Counted from the first letter of the stretch, positions 16,964 to 30,655 are shown. The stretch: 64,000 nt of DNA from Cyanophora paradoxa CCMP329 (GCA_004431415.1 QPMI01000418.1:1-64000), one strand, 5' to 3'. Notes: generated by a model from the letters alone, not told the origin. A program made the numbers and translations.

Positions 16964-19561
16964 ATGGCCGACCGCGACGAGGCCGTCCAAATGCTGTCCT
17001 CGGTGCGCCTGTGATCACGCGGAGCATGCATCCGCGCCGCCGACGCGCCCCGCCTGTCAGGTGACGAACAACGAAGACCTGGACGCGTGCAGGAGACTCC
17101 TCGAGGCTCATGACTGGTGCTTCCCGTGCTGCGCCGCGAATTGCATCGATGACGCCGCCGCAGGAATCTAGAGGCCGCAGTGAACTTCGCCCTGTCCAAT
17201 GGCTTCGACGACCTGAGCCAGCAACCGCCCCCGCGCAACACACACTCGCCGTCCTCTGTGTCTTCTTTTGCCACTGCGGGCTCTACGTACTCTTCGATGG
17301 CCGCGCGCGGCGCTCCGACGCCGAGCGCGGACTACGGAGCGCCCGCGTACGCCGCGACCCCCAGCAGCGGCGGCGCCAGCCCCAGCGGCAGCAGCGGCGG
17401 ACCGGCAGCGCAGGGCTCCAGCGGCGGCGGCGGCGGCGGCGGCGGCGGCCTCTTCGGCCTGATCGGCTCCGTGGCCGCGCTCCCCCTGCGCGCGGTCTCC
17501 GGTGCCCTCTCCGTCGCGTCCGGCGCGCTCCGCTTCGCGGCCGGCTACCTTCCCGCGTCGGTCACGGGCGCGGGCCAGGAGGACGCGCCGCCTGGCAGCA
17601 CCGCGACTCCCGCTTCTCAGTTCATCACGCGCTTCGAACTGGAGTACGGACAGCTGCACCCGCCCATGCTCGAGTGCAGCTACACCGAGGCGCTGGAGCG
17701 ATCCAAGCGCGACTACAAGTTCCTGATCGTGTACCTGCACTCCGACATGCACGGGAACACGCCCGCGTTCTGCCGGTCCGTCCGTCTCCCACGCTTCCCC
17801 TCCGATCCTCTTTCGTCCTTCCTCTTCTTTCTTTCCTCACATCGCCCGCAGGCAAACGCTCGCGTCTCCCGCCGTCATCGAGTTCGTTTCGGAGAATTTC
17901 CTCTTCTGGGCCGCCTCGATCTCCACGCCCGACGCCTACGCGCTCTCCAACTCGCTCCGGGCCTCCACGTACCCCTTCATCGCGGTCATCGGCAACGTGG
18001 ACGGGCGGATGATGTGCGTGGCGAGGCTGGAGGGCCCGATGACCCCCGAGCAGCTCACGGAGAACCTCCTCCGCGTGATCGAGACGGCGGGGATGCACCT
18101 CGAGGCGGCGCGGTTCGACGCTCAGGAGCGCGAGACCGCGCGCCGCATCCGCGAGGAGCAGGACAGGGCCTACCAGGAGAGCCTCGCCGCCGACCGCGAC
18201 CGGGAGCGCAAGCGGGCCGAGGAGGAGCGGCTCAGGCGGGAGGAGGAGGAGCGCGCGGCGACCGCCGAGGCGCGCCCCTTTCCTTTTCTGCTTCTTCCTT
18301 CCTTCTTTTTATCCCTTCGTTCGCAGGCGGCGCGCGCCGAGGAAGAGCGGAGGGCCGCCGAGGAGGCGGCCGCGGCGGCCGAGGCCGCCAAGCAGGCGAG
18401 GCCGTACCCCCCTTCCCTCCTCCACTACCTCCTCTGAGTCCTGTACCCCCAGGCCCGGGAGAGGAAGCGGGAGTCTCTGAAGTCGGAGCCGGAGCGCGGG
18501 CCCGACACCGTTCAGGTGCTCAGCGTGTACCCCGCTCCCGCTCCTTCTAAAGGGCCTGCCCTTCTATCCCCTACCACCCTACCCCGCTCCGGGCCCCCCT
18601 TCCTTTGGCCCTTCGGACCGCGCTTCCCTTCCCCTCCCCTCCCCCCTCCCCCCCGGGACCGACCCTTCGCGCTAACCCTTCCCCCCCACCCCCCACCCCC
18701 GCTCTACCCCCATCCTCGCCTCTCTCTTCTCGCCGTTCCCTCCTCCCCAACGCGCCCCTGATCGTTTCGCCATCGATCGCCTTTCCCACTCCTTGGCTCG
18801 CCCGAACGCCGCGCATTTCTCACCGCCCTTCCTCTTCTTCTCCGACCGCGCAGCTGCTGATCCGGACGTCGGACGGGGGCCGCCTGGCGCGGCGCTTCCG
18901 CGCCGGCGACACCGTCGGCGACGTCTTCGACTACGTCGACTCCCAGGGGGTACGCGGAAGAGCGGGGGGGGGGGGGGGCAGAGCATTGAACGCCTGAGAG
19001 CACTGAAGTGAGCGAAAGAGAGGAGGGCCTAGAGCATGACCCCGCCTCGCCCCGCCCCGCCCCGCGCCCCGCCCCGTTCCGCCGCGCCCCCTCCTGCCCT
19101 GCTCCTCCCGCGCCCCGCTGCCCCGCCCCTTCCCGCCCCGCCCCGCTCTGCCCGCCCCGCCCGCCCGCCCCGCCCCTTCCCGCCTCGCCCCGCCCCGCCC
19201 CGCCCCGCTCTGCCCCTTGCCCCGCTCCGCCCGCCCCCTCGCCATGCTCCGCCCGCCCCGCCCCTCCCCGCCCCGCCCCGCCCAGGCCAGCCTGCCGCCC
19301 TCGCACTAGATTCTCGCGCCCGCCTCGCCTTCCGCCCCCGTCGACCCCTGACGCGCCCCCGCAGGCCTGCGCCTCGGGGCGCTTCACAATCGGCTCCAAC
19401 TTCCCCAAGGCGCCCTTCCTTCCCCCTACCCCACCCCCAGCGTACCCCCCCCTCACCGCGTATCCCCGCAGCGGACGTTCACGGAGGACGCGGACCGGGC
19501 GCTGACGCTGGCCGAGGCTGGTCTCACCGGCCAGTGCTCCCTCTTCGTCAACGAGCTGTGA
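16964..19561 (+). CDS. Host UBX-domain protein (UBA-like, UAS, coiled coil, UBX), FAF2/UBXD8/PUX10 family; 9 exons
   Basis: LLEAHDWNLEAAVN (UBA-like), YKFLIVYLHSD..FC..TL (UAS), IREEQDRAYQESLAADR, LLIRTSDGGRLARRF..DTVGDVFDYV, NFPK..LTLAEAGL (UBX). Eight short introns reconstruct the frame. Confidence 0.9.
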
Positions 19562-20027
19562 ACCCGAGGACCAGGGCCGCAGGGCGCCCCTCAGATCAGA
19601 TCGATCCGATCCGATCCGATCCGATCCGGGGCGCAACGGCCCGCCCGGATCGTTAAATGTGATTGGGAACGCCCCGGGCGCCCCCGGCTGCAGCCGGCCC
19701 AGGCTAGCCCTGTAGCTTTAGGGGCGCCGCCGCCGCCGCCGCCCTTTCCGCGCCGCCTCGCGTACGCCTCCCTTCGCTCACGGCGCCCTTGCATGTCCTT
19801 CCGCCCCCGCCCCCGCCCCCAAGCCCACCCTGTACAGCCTTCCCTGTCCGCAGTCCAAAGAATTTCCGCAGTGATAATGAATTCTTACGGCGCTGATTTA
19901 GAGAGGATCGGCGAGGGGCTCAGATTTAGAGAGGAGCCAAGATCGGCGAGGGGCCATAGCTCGACTAGAAGATATCCTCCAATAAAAGCAGGGGTACAGG
20001 CTGCCGGAGGCAAGGGGGTACAAGGAC

Positions 20028-22581
20028 CTAGAAGATCTCCATGGCGCGGGCCTCCTCGGGTTTCAGGACCCTGCTCCGGTGCCAGTAGGCGCCGGCGTGC
20101 ACCCAGGGCAGCTCGCCCCGCCCCGCCTCCCCCGCCTGCGCGGGCGATCGAATTAAACTAGAGAAGAGAGACCTCGAGGCGCGGCGGACTAGTAATCGGA
20201 AGACCTAGAGTTGCGCTGAAATTGACGAGTAGAACAACAAGAGATATATTCGCTAAGGTTCGCTAGGCTTAAGACATGGAGCTTTAAATTTGATTATCTG
20301 GTCCTGAACAAGCATAAATTTCGATCGCACCCGGAACCAGCGGGGGGCGAGCCGGCGGCCGCGACCCGCGGCCTCCCGGCGCCTCGCCCGCTGCTTTTCC
20401 TCCACCCTCACCTTCTCCGCTGCCGCCGCCTGCGCGGCGCGGCGCGGCGCGGCCATCGGTCAGAGAGCAGACCGGAAGCTTAGGTGCGGTCCATTGTATT
20501 AAAACCTAAAGAAAGATAGAGGCCAGAACCCTGAACGTTGACAGCGGCACGCACCCTGTGGTCCGACGCGAGCAGCGCGGCCAGGTCGCCTCGCCTCCGC
20601 GAGTCCGTGGGCGGCGCGTCCGCCGCCCTGCCGGGGTCTGCCCAGCCCAGAGTTATAAAGAAGGAAAGGAGGGGACGGGAGCGCTTCAGAGAGGATAGGG
20701 ATCAGAGGCGCGGACCGTTGAGGGCGAGGGCGAAGGGGGTCATGTTGCACGGGTTCCGCTTCCGCTCCTCGTCGATGGGGGTACAGCGCCACAGGTCCTG
20801 CGCCCCGGACCGCGGGCCCTGCTCCCAAGTCTGTATGGCCTCGTCGCAGAAGCCGTGAAGCGAGCGGCTGTGCGCAAAGGAGGCGCGCTCAGACGCTCAG
20901 ACGAAGGTCGTGTGGGAGGCACATGCATGATGCGCGTGCGCACCAAGGGGCCCCCCGGGAGTCGAACACGGTGCCGTTCACCTCGTACCGCTTGCGCTCG
21001 AAGTTGAGAGCGACCCTGATGGAAAGCATCGGGTACGGCATCTTTTGGGAGGGGGGTACGCTGCAAACTACAGCGGACGCACCGGTACCCCGTCTCGAGA
21101 CACTCCAGCGAGGCGGGACCCTCCCACAGAAACATGCGCTGGGGGGGACCGTTAGCGCTATCGGGGGGGGGGGGGGGGGAGGGGGGAGGGGGGGGCGAGA
21201 GGGGGTAGGGCACCTTGCCGAAGAAAAGGCTCTGGATGAGCATCCTGCAACGGGCCCGTTGGTGGACGCGGTACAGGGGTACAGGGACGCGTGGGGGGGA
21301 GCACCTCGGGGGGGAGTACGCGTACGTCTCCGCGGGCCGCTGCCCCTCCACCGCCGCCAGCCGCACGTAGGACTTTGTTTTTTTTTGGGGGGGGGAGCTC
21401 GTTAGGGGGAGACTCTTCCTTTTCTCCGGGGGTACGAGCTCACCTTCGTCGTGATCTGCATCTCGAGGGAGTTTCCGTGGAACTTGGCCTGGAAAGGGGG
21501 GTACACGGTGAGGCGAGCTCCAGGGGAGTACACGGAAACGGAGCTCATGGCGCCTTCGGCGCTGCCTTGCCTCTGACTTAATTTCGTTCGCACCTTCACG
21601 GCGGGGGCGGTGGCGACCGACCAGCCGCTGAGGCCCTCCGCGTGGATGCCGAAGGCCGGCGGGTGGCTCTCCGTCTGAGAAAAAGAAAAGAGGGGGGAGG
21701 GGGGGAAGTGAGCGCGGGGTACGGCGAAGCGAGGGGGGAGGGTCGCCGGCGGGGGTACAGCGCACCATCTCGGCGACAACGCGGGCGCCGCCGTCGGGCC
21801 GCGTCCACTCGAACGTCTCTCCAAGCATCGAGGTCAGCGGCTTCTCTGGGGGGGTACAGGGAGGAATGAGACGCTTCTAAAAATTGAACGAGGAGAGAGG
21901 GCCCCGCGCACTGCGATCGATGTACCCCCGGAACTCGGAGACGAAGAACGCGGCTACGAGGCTGGCCCGGAGGGACGGGTCCGGAGAAGCGGCAGCCTGC
22001 GCGCGCCATTCAAATTCGATCCCGACCTGGAAATTCAGATTCTGGGGGGGGGTACCTGGTCCAGGAGCTCGGTGAACTCGAAGAGCTCGCAGGCGCGCGT
22101 GAGATTCGTCGTGGGCTCGAAGAGCTTGATCGGGATCTGCGCGGGTTCGAGTCCGGCGGCGAGGGTTTCGAGGCGCCTCTGGTCCGAGAGGGAGCGGACG
22201 CACAGTGAAGCCTGCGGGCCGGGAGCGCGGACGGGTCAGCAACCGAGATGAAGAGCAGCGCAAAGGATCTCTGGATCCGAGGCTGCTCGTACCCAGGTTG
22301 TCGGTGATCTCTTTCCCGATGAGGCGCCTCACGTTCCGCCAGAAGCCGCGCTTCTCCTCGCGGTCCTCCTCGCGGTCCTCGACCTCGCCCGCCGGGACGG
22401 CGTCTGCGCCCACATTCGAAGAGCTCAGAGGCGTACTCTGCGTCATGCAGCTTGGTGCGAACGCGCCCGCGAGGCCGAGCGCACTGGGGTCGGTCTCCGG
22501 GTCCGGGTCCAAACCCACGACGATCTCCGCGGGGTCGGCGCGCGACTCGCGCTCGACGGCCTTGTTCTGGCTTGCACCCAT
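20028..22581 (-). CDS. Host oxysterol-binding protein-related protein (paralogue 1), multi-exon, N-myristoylation-like start
   Basis: MGASQNK; PIKLFEPTTNL; KPLTSMLGETFE; EMTESHPP; KFHGNSLE; PPTDSRRRGD; EKVRVEEKQRARRR; PRWF; ends EARAMEIF*. Confidence 0.88.
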
Positions 22582-23982
22582 CGCTCTTCGCGCGCGCTCG
22601 TTCTGGCCGGCCGAGCGGGCGTTCCGTGGATTCGAAGAGCCGAGTTGCCGTACGTGGGGGCCGAGAGAGCAGCGACAGTGCTAGTCGTACAGACGAATGT
22701 CTCGCATCGTCAGCTCATGATTGCTGAGTCGACTGAAGCCGCTACCTCTTCGGTGCGCACATGAACCGAATACGTGTCGTTGCGGCCGCTGCTGACTCCT
22801 CCTCAAAGAGCTGAGCGGCTGCAGCGGCTTTCTGGTACAAAGCGATGATCTGAAGCGCTCTCCGGCCCGGCGGGGCCTTGTTTTCGTGCTTAGTTTCTGG
22901 AGGCCGTACCCCCGCACGTATACAAGCAAGCGCATCGCGCCGGTACCGGTCCGATCTCTGCAGCTAGCCGTAGCGCGCGGCCGCGCATGCGCGGGCGCTA
23001 AATATCGATATCGATATCAATCAGGCAAGTTTATAATTAGTGCAGCAGCTGCAGCGGTCAATTGCACGCGCGCGCGCGCGGCTATTATGTTCTGCGTCAT
23101 GATCAAGCGCCCGTACCGCCGGTCCCAGCGCTAGCCGCGGATTGCAAACGCTTCAAGATACAGCACACGTGCGAAATACGCGTACGCGTCCGAAAAGCGC
23201 CGATCGAGGTATTTCTTCCGCTTCATGATCAGCCGGCCGCGGCCGCGCATGCGCAGCGCCGGCCGCGGCCGCGCAGCGCCCCACAGAGTGTGGCGATGCA
23301 GACGGCTGCGGAAGGCGCTGCCGAGCCGATCGAGCAGCGCGAGGAGCAGGATGAGGACGCGATCGCGAGTGAGATCTCGGATCCGGAGCTGCGCGCCGCT
23401 CTAGATCTCGAGCGCGCGCGGGCCGGGAGGCCCTGAGGAGCTGGCCGCCGAGCGGGCCTTGCCGGCGACGAAGTACACGTATCCATATCCCGTGTAGCTG
23501 GAGCACCAGATCCCCGCTGCTCTAGATCCTCGCGCGCGCCGGCGCGCGCGCCCTGCAGCTGGCGCCGAGAACCCTGCGCGTCTTCGAGCTGATCGTGGAG
23601 GTACGCGCTCGCCCGCCCCTCCGATCCGCGCCAGCGGCTGCTTCTAGATCTGCAGCTGGGATCGAATTCAAGGGCGCACAGGAGGGGGTCCTTCTTGAGG
23701 CCCGAGGCGCACCAGGTCTTGAGGGCGTCTCCCGCGTTTATTGATCTGCATGCGCATGCTCTAAATCCTCCCCGGGGCTTCTTCGCGCTCCAGGGAGTTG
23801 ATCATGACGTTCTCTAGATTTCTTTCGCGGTACTCGGCGTACGCGTACGCGCGTACCGGTGCTCTAGCATCTAGCTATGGCCCGTCTCAGCCTGCAAACA
23901 ACTTGGCGAGGTTGCAATTGTCGCCGGCATCTTATGCAAAAGACGTCTCTCTCATATGCATGCAAGGCCTAGGGTGTGATCA

Positions 23983-24520
23983 TGATATCATAGTATATAT
24001 CTAGAAAGGCCTGGCAGACTGGCAGAGTGAATTGGTGGCGCGCGGCGCCGGAGTTGACGTTCAAAAGAAGGTCACGATTACAAGTTATGATCATTCATGA
24101 TCAATTGCAAAGACTGCATCAGAGCCACGGTGCACACACAACACGGCGCAGGCACCCAGAGAGAATGCCAATCATCGATCGGCGCGAAGGCTCCCATGCA
24201 TGGCCACAATCTTGATCGCGGACGCGCGCCTCACAGCTCGCTCTCCACGTACGCCGCCTGCGACGGGTCGGCGCGGATCGGCCGGAGCTTCGCGGGGCGC
24301 GGGCCGGGCCGGCCCGGCGGGGCGGACCTCGGAGGCGGCCTGGAGGAGCTCGTCGGCGGCGGCCTCGAAGAAGGCCTCGTCAGCGGCGGCGGCCTCGCCC
24401 ACGAAGAGGCCCGCCGCGGCGGCCGCCCGCCCCTCGAACAGATCCGCGAGCTCCGCCGCGTCGTCCTGCGCCGTCGACGTCGCCTCCTCCGCCTGCGCGC
24501 GCGTTCGGCGGGCCGGGGGA
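23983..24520. repeat. Left arm of a ~550-bp inverted duplication (partner 30040-30655)
   Basis: Reverse complement matches 30040-30655, including an exon-like segment (DEAFFEAAADELLQAA). Confidence 0.9.
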
Positions 24521-25085
24521 AAGGTTAGAAGAGTCCGGTCGACGGAAGAGAAGGCTAATTATAACGGAAAGATTGCACTCGCACCTGGGCCTGGCTCTCC
24601 TGGTCAACCTCCTTCCTGTTCGCCGGCTTTCCGCCAGAAACCCTCGGCGGCATCGTTGGATGTCTTAGCTGTAGGGTTTAAGCGCTTGCTTCGATCGATC
24701 GCAAGCGACGCCTTGAAGCCGCTGAGCCGGGATCCGGAGCACTGGAGCAGAAACTGAAATCTGCTACGTCTACCGGTAGATCAAGACTCAAGAGTGCGGC
24801 GCTCAGTGCGCACGCCGCGGGGCGGGACGCCCCGGACGCGTCGGCGGCGGGATCATGATCACGCTGGGATGATGATGATCAAGAGCTCCAGAATTTGAAA
24901 TTTCCAGGATTTCTGGAATCATTGCAATCATTTGATTCAATAACGATTGTTGCGGCGACTTGCATCAAGTTGCATCATTTTGCATGGCGTCGGCCGCGGC
25001 CGGACGGCTCGGGCCTTGCAATTGTTGGCAATTTGTTGCCGGGCCCTTTTAGCTTAAACTTATTGCAAACATGTACATGATCAAA

Positions 25086-25404
25086 GATGCTGTGCTACGG
25101 AGGCTAACGTTAACGTTTTATAATTTAACGGATCCCGGAGCTGCTCACGTACAGACTGCGGTACAGTACGTAGGTAACGTAGCCTAGGGCCCTAGACTCG
25201 AAGAGGCTATCGCGAGTTCGCGTGACGGTCCGGACTCCGGATCCGAATATTAATCATCCGATCCGGAGTCCGGAACTTTTGACCGGAAGTTGGACCGGAA
25301 TTCGAAGGGTCCGGAACCCGGATATCGATCGGCCGCAGATCCGGAGTCCGGATCCGGACTCCGGACGTCGACTCCGGAGTCCGGACTCCGTAGCACAGCA
25401 CATC
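25086..25404. repeat. Small inverted-repeat element rich in TCCGGA palindromes
   Basis: GATGCTGTGCTACGGAG ... CTCCGTAGCACAGCACATC ends, with repeated CCGGAGTCCGGA/TCCGGACTCCGG inside. No TSD identified. Confidence 0.55.
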
Positions 25405-25582
25405 GCTGCACATGTACATACTCCGCCGCGAGCTCAAGTCCCGCATGCGCATTTCCGCATTTTCCGTTTCCGGAATTCCGCCGCAATTTCCGCGGCCGCT
25501 GTTAAATTGCTCGAGCTCCGGTCCGACGGCGACCGATCGACGCTGCGCGATCCGTCACGGCGTCACGGCGTGAGCCTCCCGC

Positions 25583-28495
25583 CAGTGATGGAATTAATAA
25601 TAACCCCAAAAATGGGACTTTATAAGAATCATTATTAATAGTTAATAATTAGTTATTAGTAGATTATTAATTACTTCCTCATAGAAGCGCGAAACCACGC
25701 GTTGAAGGAGCGCTGCCGCACGTTTCTGGTGCTAAACACTCTTATATAAGCTGCTTTAGCATTGCGAGTCCCCTATATATCTGTTGGGGGTCGAATGAAA
25801 GGGTTAAAGTGCGACCCAGGGGGTACTGGATGGTCTGGAGCTGCCGTCTGATCAGCTTATGAGCATTATATCAAGCTGCAGAAGTGCCCAGAAGGTCTCT
25901 AGACGTGTATAGAACAGCTTTATAGCGCTCTAGCATGCACAGATTCGTCATAGAGTGCAAGAAATGGTGTGTCTGTGGGTACCCCCCTAAACTAATAAAC
26001 GTTACTAATAAGAGTGGCTGTTCTGGGACCTTATTAATAACGTATTATCAGGCGAAGCCTCTTTCAGGCGAAGCCTCTTTCTCAAACCCAAAAACCGCCG
26101 ATATAAATTCCTTTTTTAACCTTTTTTTCCACTCAAGATCCCCCCTGCTAAATAATTTCCGCGTCGCACTCCCTCGAGGACGAATTATTAATTCTGCCTC
26201 GACACGGACGCGATTGCCGCTAATGACTCAGCTACCCTAACCCCCACAGACCTCTCTAGATCCATTTTTAGCGTCGTGGCTCCCCTAAGACGACCGCTCG
26301 CCCGTGGGCGTCGCGCGAAAATCGAATTTCCCTCTGGATCAATTCCGGTACTTAACCTCCGACAAATGCAGTCCGAGTCAGAAGGTGGGACCCGGTCCCG
26401 CCCGGTCCCGCGACGAAATCGCGCCAGGGACGCCCCAGAACGATACAGAATGCCGCGCGAGGGCGAGCGCATCGCCGCAAACTCGATTTCAAGCGCCGTC
26501 GACGCTCCAGTGCGAAGAGTCGGCCGAAAATTTGATCCAGCGCTAGCCGGTCCCGCCCGGTCCCGCGACGCGCGCAATCGATGCGTACTGGCGCGCATGG
26601 ACATAGCAGGGCCTGCGCACCCCGAAATCCGCTTTTCGGAGCCGGAACAGCGCAGGAAGGTACCCGACGGCCAAAATTCGATCCTGCACGCGCCCTGACA
26701 TCTTTCCGCGCGCCCACGCCGCGGCGCATGCGCGGAACGATAGCATAAGCATTTAAGATGTAGGCAAAGTCTTCCGCACGCTTTGCGTATGCGACGGGCC
26801 GCGAGGACCCAGCCGACCCCGAAAATTCGATCCTGCATGGACCTGCACATCTTTCCGCGCGCCCTCGCCTCGAGCTCCGCAGCCCCGCACATCGATGCTA
26901 TAGCTATATGCATTCAAGATTCTGTTTAAGCGATTCGCAAGCTCTGTGCATGCGCCTGGCCGCGAGAACCTTGCCCCTCCCGGGCCTCCCTCTCAACAAT
27001 ATTATATATAATTCATCTCCTCTAATCTCAACCTGCTCCGGCCTCCCTTTATTTCCTCAGTACATTAATATTCCTCTAGTTATATTCCTCTAGCCGGCCA
27101 GCGGTAGCTGGACTGGCCGTCAGCCGGCCAGCTTCCAACCAGAAAGCTGTTCGCGATCGGCCAGGCCGCTGGCCAGTGCCCTATAGGCCTACTGTGACAG
27201 CCGCGAGGGCGTCCGCGAGGCTTCGCCGTACTTAGTGCTCCGCAGGAGCACGGATCTTGTCTCAAACCCAAAAACCGCCGATATAAATTCCTTTTTAACC
27301 TTTTTTTCCACTCAAGATCCCCCCTGCTAAATAATTTCCGCGTCGCACTCCCTCGAGGACGAATTATTAATTCTGCCTCGACACGGACGCGATTGCCGCT
27401 AATGACTCAGCTACCCTAACCCCCACAGACCTCTCTAGATCCATTTTTAGCGTCGTGGCTCCCCTAAGACGACCGCTCGCCCGTGGGCGTCGCGCGAAAA
27501 TCGAATTTCCCTCTGGATCAATTCCGGTACTTAACCTCCGACAAATGCAGTCCGAGTCAGAAGGTGGGACCCGGTCCCGCCCGGTCCCGCGACGAAATCG
27601 CGCCAGGGACGCCCCAGAACGATACAGAATGCCGCGCGAGGGCGAGCGCATCGCCGCAAGCTCGATTTCAAGCGCCGTCGACGCTCCAGTGCGAAGAGTC
27701 GGCCGAAAATTTGATCCAGCGCTAGCCGGTCCCGCCCGGTCCCGCGACGCGCGCAATCGATGCGTACTGGCGCGCATGGACATAGCAGGGCCTGCGCACC
27801 CCCGAAATCCGCTTTTCGGAGCCGGAACAGCGCAGGAAGGTACCCGACGGCCAAAATTCGATCCTGCACGCGCCCTGACATCTTTCCGCGCGCCCACGCC
27901 GCGGCGCATGCGCGGAACGATAGCATAAGCATTTAAGATGTAGGCAAAGTCTTCCGCACGCTTTGCGTATGCGACGGGCCGCGAGGACCCAGCCGACCCC
28001 GAAAATTCGATCCTGCATGGACCTGCACATCTTTCCGCGCGCCCTCGCCTCGAGCTCCGCAGCCCCGCACATCGATGCTATAGCTATATGCATTCAAGAT
28101 TCTGTTTAAGCGATTCGCAAGCTCTGTGCATGCGCCTGGCCGCGAGAACCTTGCCCCTCCCGGGCCTCCCTCTCAACAATATTATATATAATTCATCTCC
28201 TCTAATCTCAACCTGCTCCGGCCTCCCTTTATTTCCTCAGTACATTAATATTCCTCTAGTTATATTCCTCTAGCCGGCCAGCGGTAGCTGGACTGGCCGT
28301 CAGCCGGCCAGCTTCCAACCAGAAAGCTGTTCGCGATCGGCCAGGCCGCTGGCCAGTGCCCTATAGGCCTACTGTGACAGCCGCGAGGGCGTCCGCGAGG
28401 CTTCGCCGTACTTAGTGCTCCGCAGGAGCACGGATCTTGTTAATTAGTTATTAATTAGCTAATAAAAAAGGTTATGAATAAAGTTCCCATCACTG
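25583..28495. mobile_element. Non-autonomous hAT DNA transposon carrying a nested tandem duplication
   Basis: TIR CAGTGATGG...CCATCACTG; 8-bp TSD CCTCCCGC at 25575-25582 and 28496-28503; AT-rich subterminal regions; no transposase. Confidence 0.85.
26048..28440 (+). repeat. Dispersed repeat family A, two near-identical 1180-bp tandem units (26081-27260, 27261-28440)
   Basis: Direct identity between the units; family terminus TA|TCAGGCGAAGCCTCTTTCAGGCGAAGCCTC. Confidence 0.95.
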
Positions 28496-29173
28496 CCTCC
28501 CGCTGCAGCTGCCTCCGGATCCGTCAACGTAGTAAGTGAACGATTTAGTACAGGAAAATAATTAGTGCTTCACCATTGAATCACCAAAAGTGCCGCTTTA
28601 GCAGCTGGTAAAGTTTTATAATTAGTATTTTTTTTTTTTTTGGTGAATTACCGGCCACAGCCTCTAGTCTACTCCAGCACTGTGGGGGCGTGTACAGGCA
28701 AGGTGGGGCATGATCGATCGGAATTATGTGGAACGGGCGGGTTTTGAAGGCGTGATTCTCATCGCAGGGCGATTCGAACACGGAAGGCATGCATCGGAAA
28801 GCGTGTATGATAACCACACCGCTATGAGCGGGGGCAATAATTAGTAGGTCAGCGGCGGGAAATATTTAATTTGGTACATCCCAAAAACTTGCAGCGTACC
28901 GTATAGTACTAAATATATTTCTAGTTCTATAGTATTTCGGCCCACGTACGGGGCCGCGGGCCGCGGCGGATGATCTAGATCTTGATCCGATGAGCACAGC
29001 CGGCGTGTCACTGTGAGACTCGAGACAGTGTAAGTCTGTGTCAGCTGCAGCTGCAGCCTGCAGCCGCCCGCGCGGCCCGCCGCGCCGGGCCGCTGCCTAA
29101 GCCTGCCTTCCCGGGCCGAACTTGCCAAAGTTGAAGAATCCGACTCGGCGAAGTTCCAAAGTTCTATCGCTAG

Positions 29174-29676
29174 TAGTGCTGGGTTCAGTCAGGCAGACTC
29201 AGGCTCCACCCCTGACCCAGTCGCTCAGCCCCCCTGACTGTGACTGAATCAGTCAAACTGAGGTTCAGTCAGGCTACCGTGCAAAAACTGAGGAAAATGA
29301 CCCGGAAATGACCCAGATGCGATCCATCTAAGCTGCCAAGCACAGTGCGCGGGCAGTAGGGAGTAATTAGGCGAGCAAAGCTTATAAGAACACTGGTGAA
29401 AGGAATTCGGCCCCCGTTAGCCTCGTTAGCGCCGCGGCGGCGGCGGCGCGGGCGGTTTCGTTCAGATTTCGTTGTTTTTCTGGAGGTAAGACGACATGCA
29501 GAAGATCCTTTTTAGGTCGATCCACGTCGAGCTTCAGATCGAAAAAGCCCACAGGGGGGCACGCTCCCAGCAGGGTTTTGTATGGGACTGAGAGAACCTC
29601 AGTCGGCCAATTTGGTGACTCAGTCGGGTCAGTCAGACCCTCTGACTTTGACTGACAGTGACTGAACCCAGCCCTA
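29174..29676. mobile_element. hAT-type MITE (503 bp)
   Basis: TIR TAG(T/G)GCTGGGTTCAGTCA; 8-bp TSD ATCGCTAG (29166-29173, 29677-29684); subterminal TGACTGA/TCAGTCA repeats. Confidence 0.92.
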
Positions 29677-30039
29677 ATCGCTAGCCTAAGTACTAGTAGA
29701 TCTGGACATCTACCAGTACTACGGTACTGCTAGGCTAGGGCTACGTATATATACTGGTAGACTGCAGTGGTAGTAGATCTCATCGTATCATCTCGATCCC
29801 CCTCTGCAGCTCCCAGACAGCTGCAGCTTCTCGAGCTCCCCAGGAACGTTAACACGCTCAAGAGCTCCAATGGCCGGATCCGTAGCTGGGAAGAAGATTC
29901 TGGGAAAGAACCGCAGCCGCCTGGAGCAGGACGTCCAGGGGCAGGTGCAGCCGATGCCATATGCATGCTCCTTCTTCAAGACTTCATCGATTCCTCTGGA
30001 GATCACCGGGTGTCAGTCTGCAGCTGACCTTTAAAATTT

Positions 30040-30655
30040 CCCCCGCCGAACGCGCAGGCGGAGGAGGCGACGTCGACGGCGCAGGACGACGCGGCGGAGC
30101 TCGCGGACCTGTTCGAGGGGCGGGCGGCCGCCGCGGCGGGCCTCTTCGTGGGCGAGGCCGCCGCCGCTGACGAGGCCTTCTTCGAGGCCGCCGCCGACGA
30201 GCTCCTCCAGGCCGCCTCCGAGGTCCGCCCCGCCGGGCCGGCCCGGCCCGCGCCCCGCGAAGCTCCGGCCGATCCGCGCCGACCCGGCCCGTCGCAGGCG
30301 GCGTACGTGGAGAGCGAGCTGTGAGGCGCGCGTCCGCGATCAAGATTGTGGCCATATGCATGCATGGGAGCCTTCTCGCCGGCCGGCGATCACTGATCGC
30401 CGATCGTAGCTATAGGCGCCGATCGATGATTGGCATTCTCTCTAGATCTGGTTGCCTGCGCCGTGTTGTGTGTGCACCGTGGCTATGCCATGATGTTGCA
30501 GTCTTTAATTTGCAATTGAATGATCATAACTTGTAATCGTGACCTCCAAGGCTCCTTTTGAACGTCAACTCCGGCGCCGCGCGCCACCAATTCACTCTAG
30601 ATCTGCCAGTCTACAGACCAGGCCGGGCCTTTCTCATAGTCCATACTATGATATC
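30040..30655. repeat. Right arm of the inverted duplication (partner 23983-24520)
   Basis: See left arm; differs by small indels. Confidence 0.9.

Noticed and set aside
18930-19660. Pro/Arg/Gly-rich ORFs
   Set aside because: Frames through (CCCCG)n intron sequence of the UBX gene.
23290-23740. Possible small host gene
   Set aside because: Only short coding-like fragments on both strands; no consistent gene model.
26188-28273. ORFs in repeat family A as a transposase
   Set aside because: No DDE or other motif; frames differ between copies through indels.
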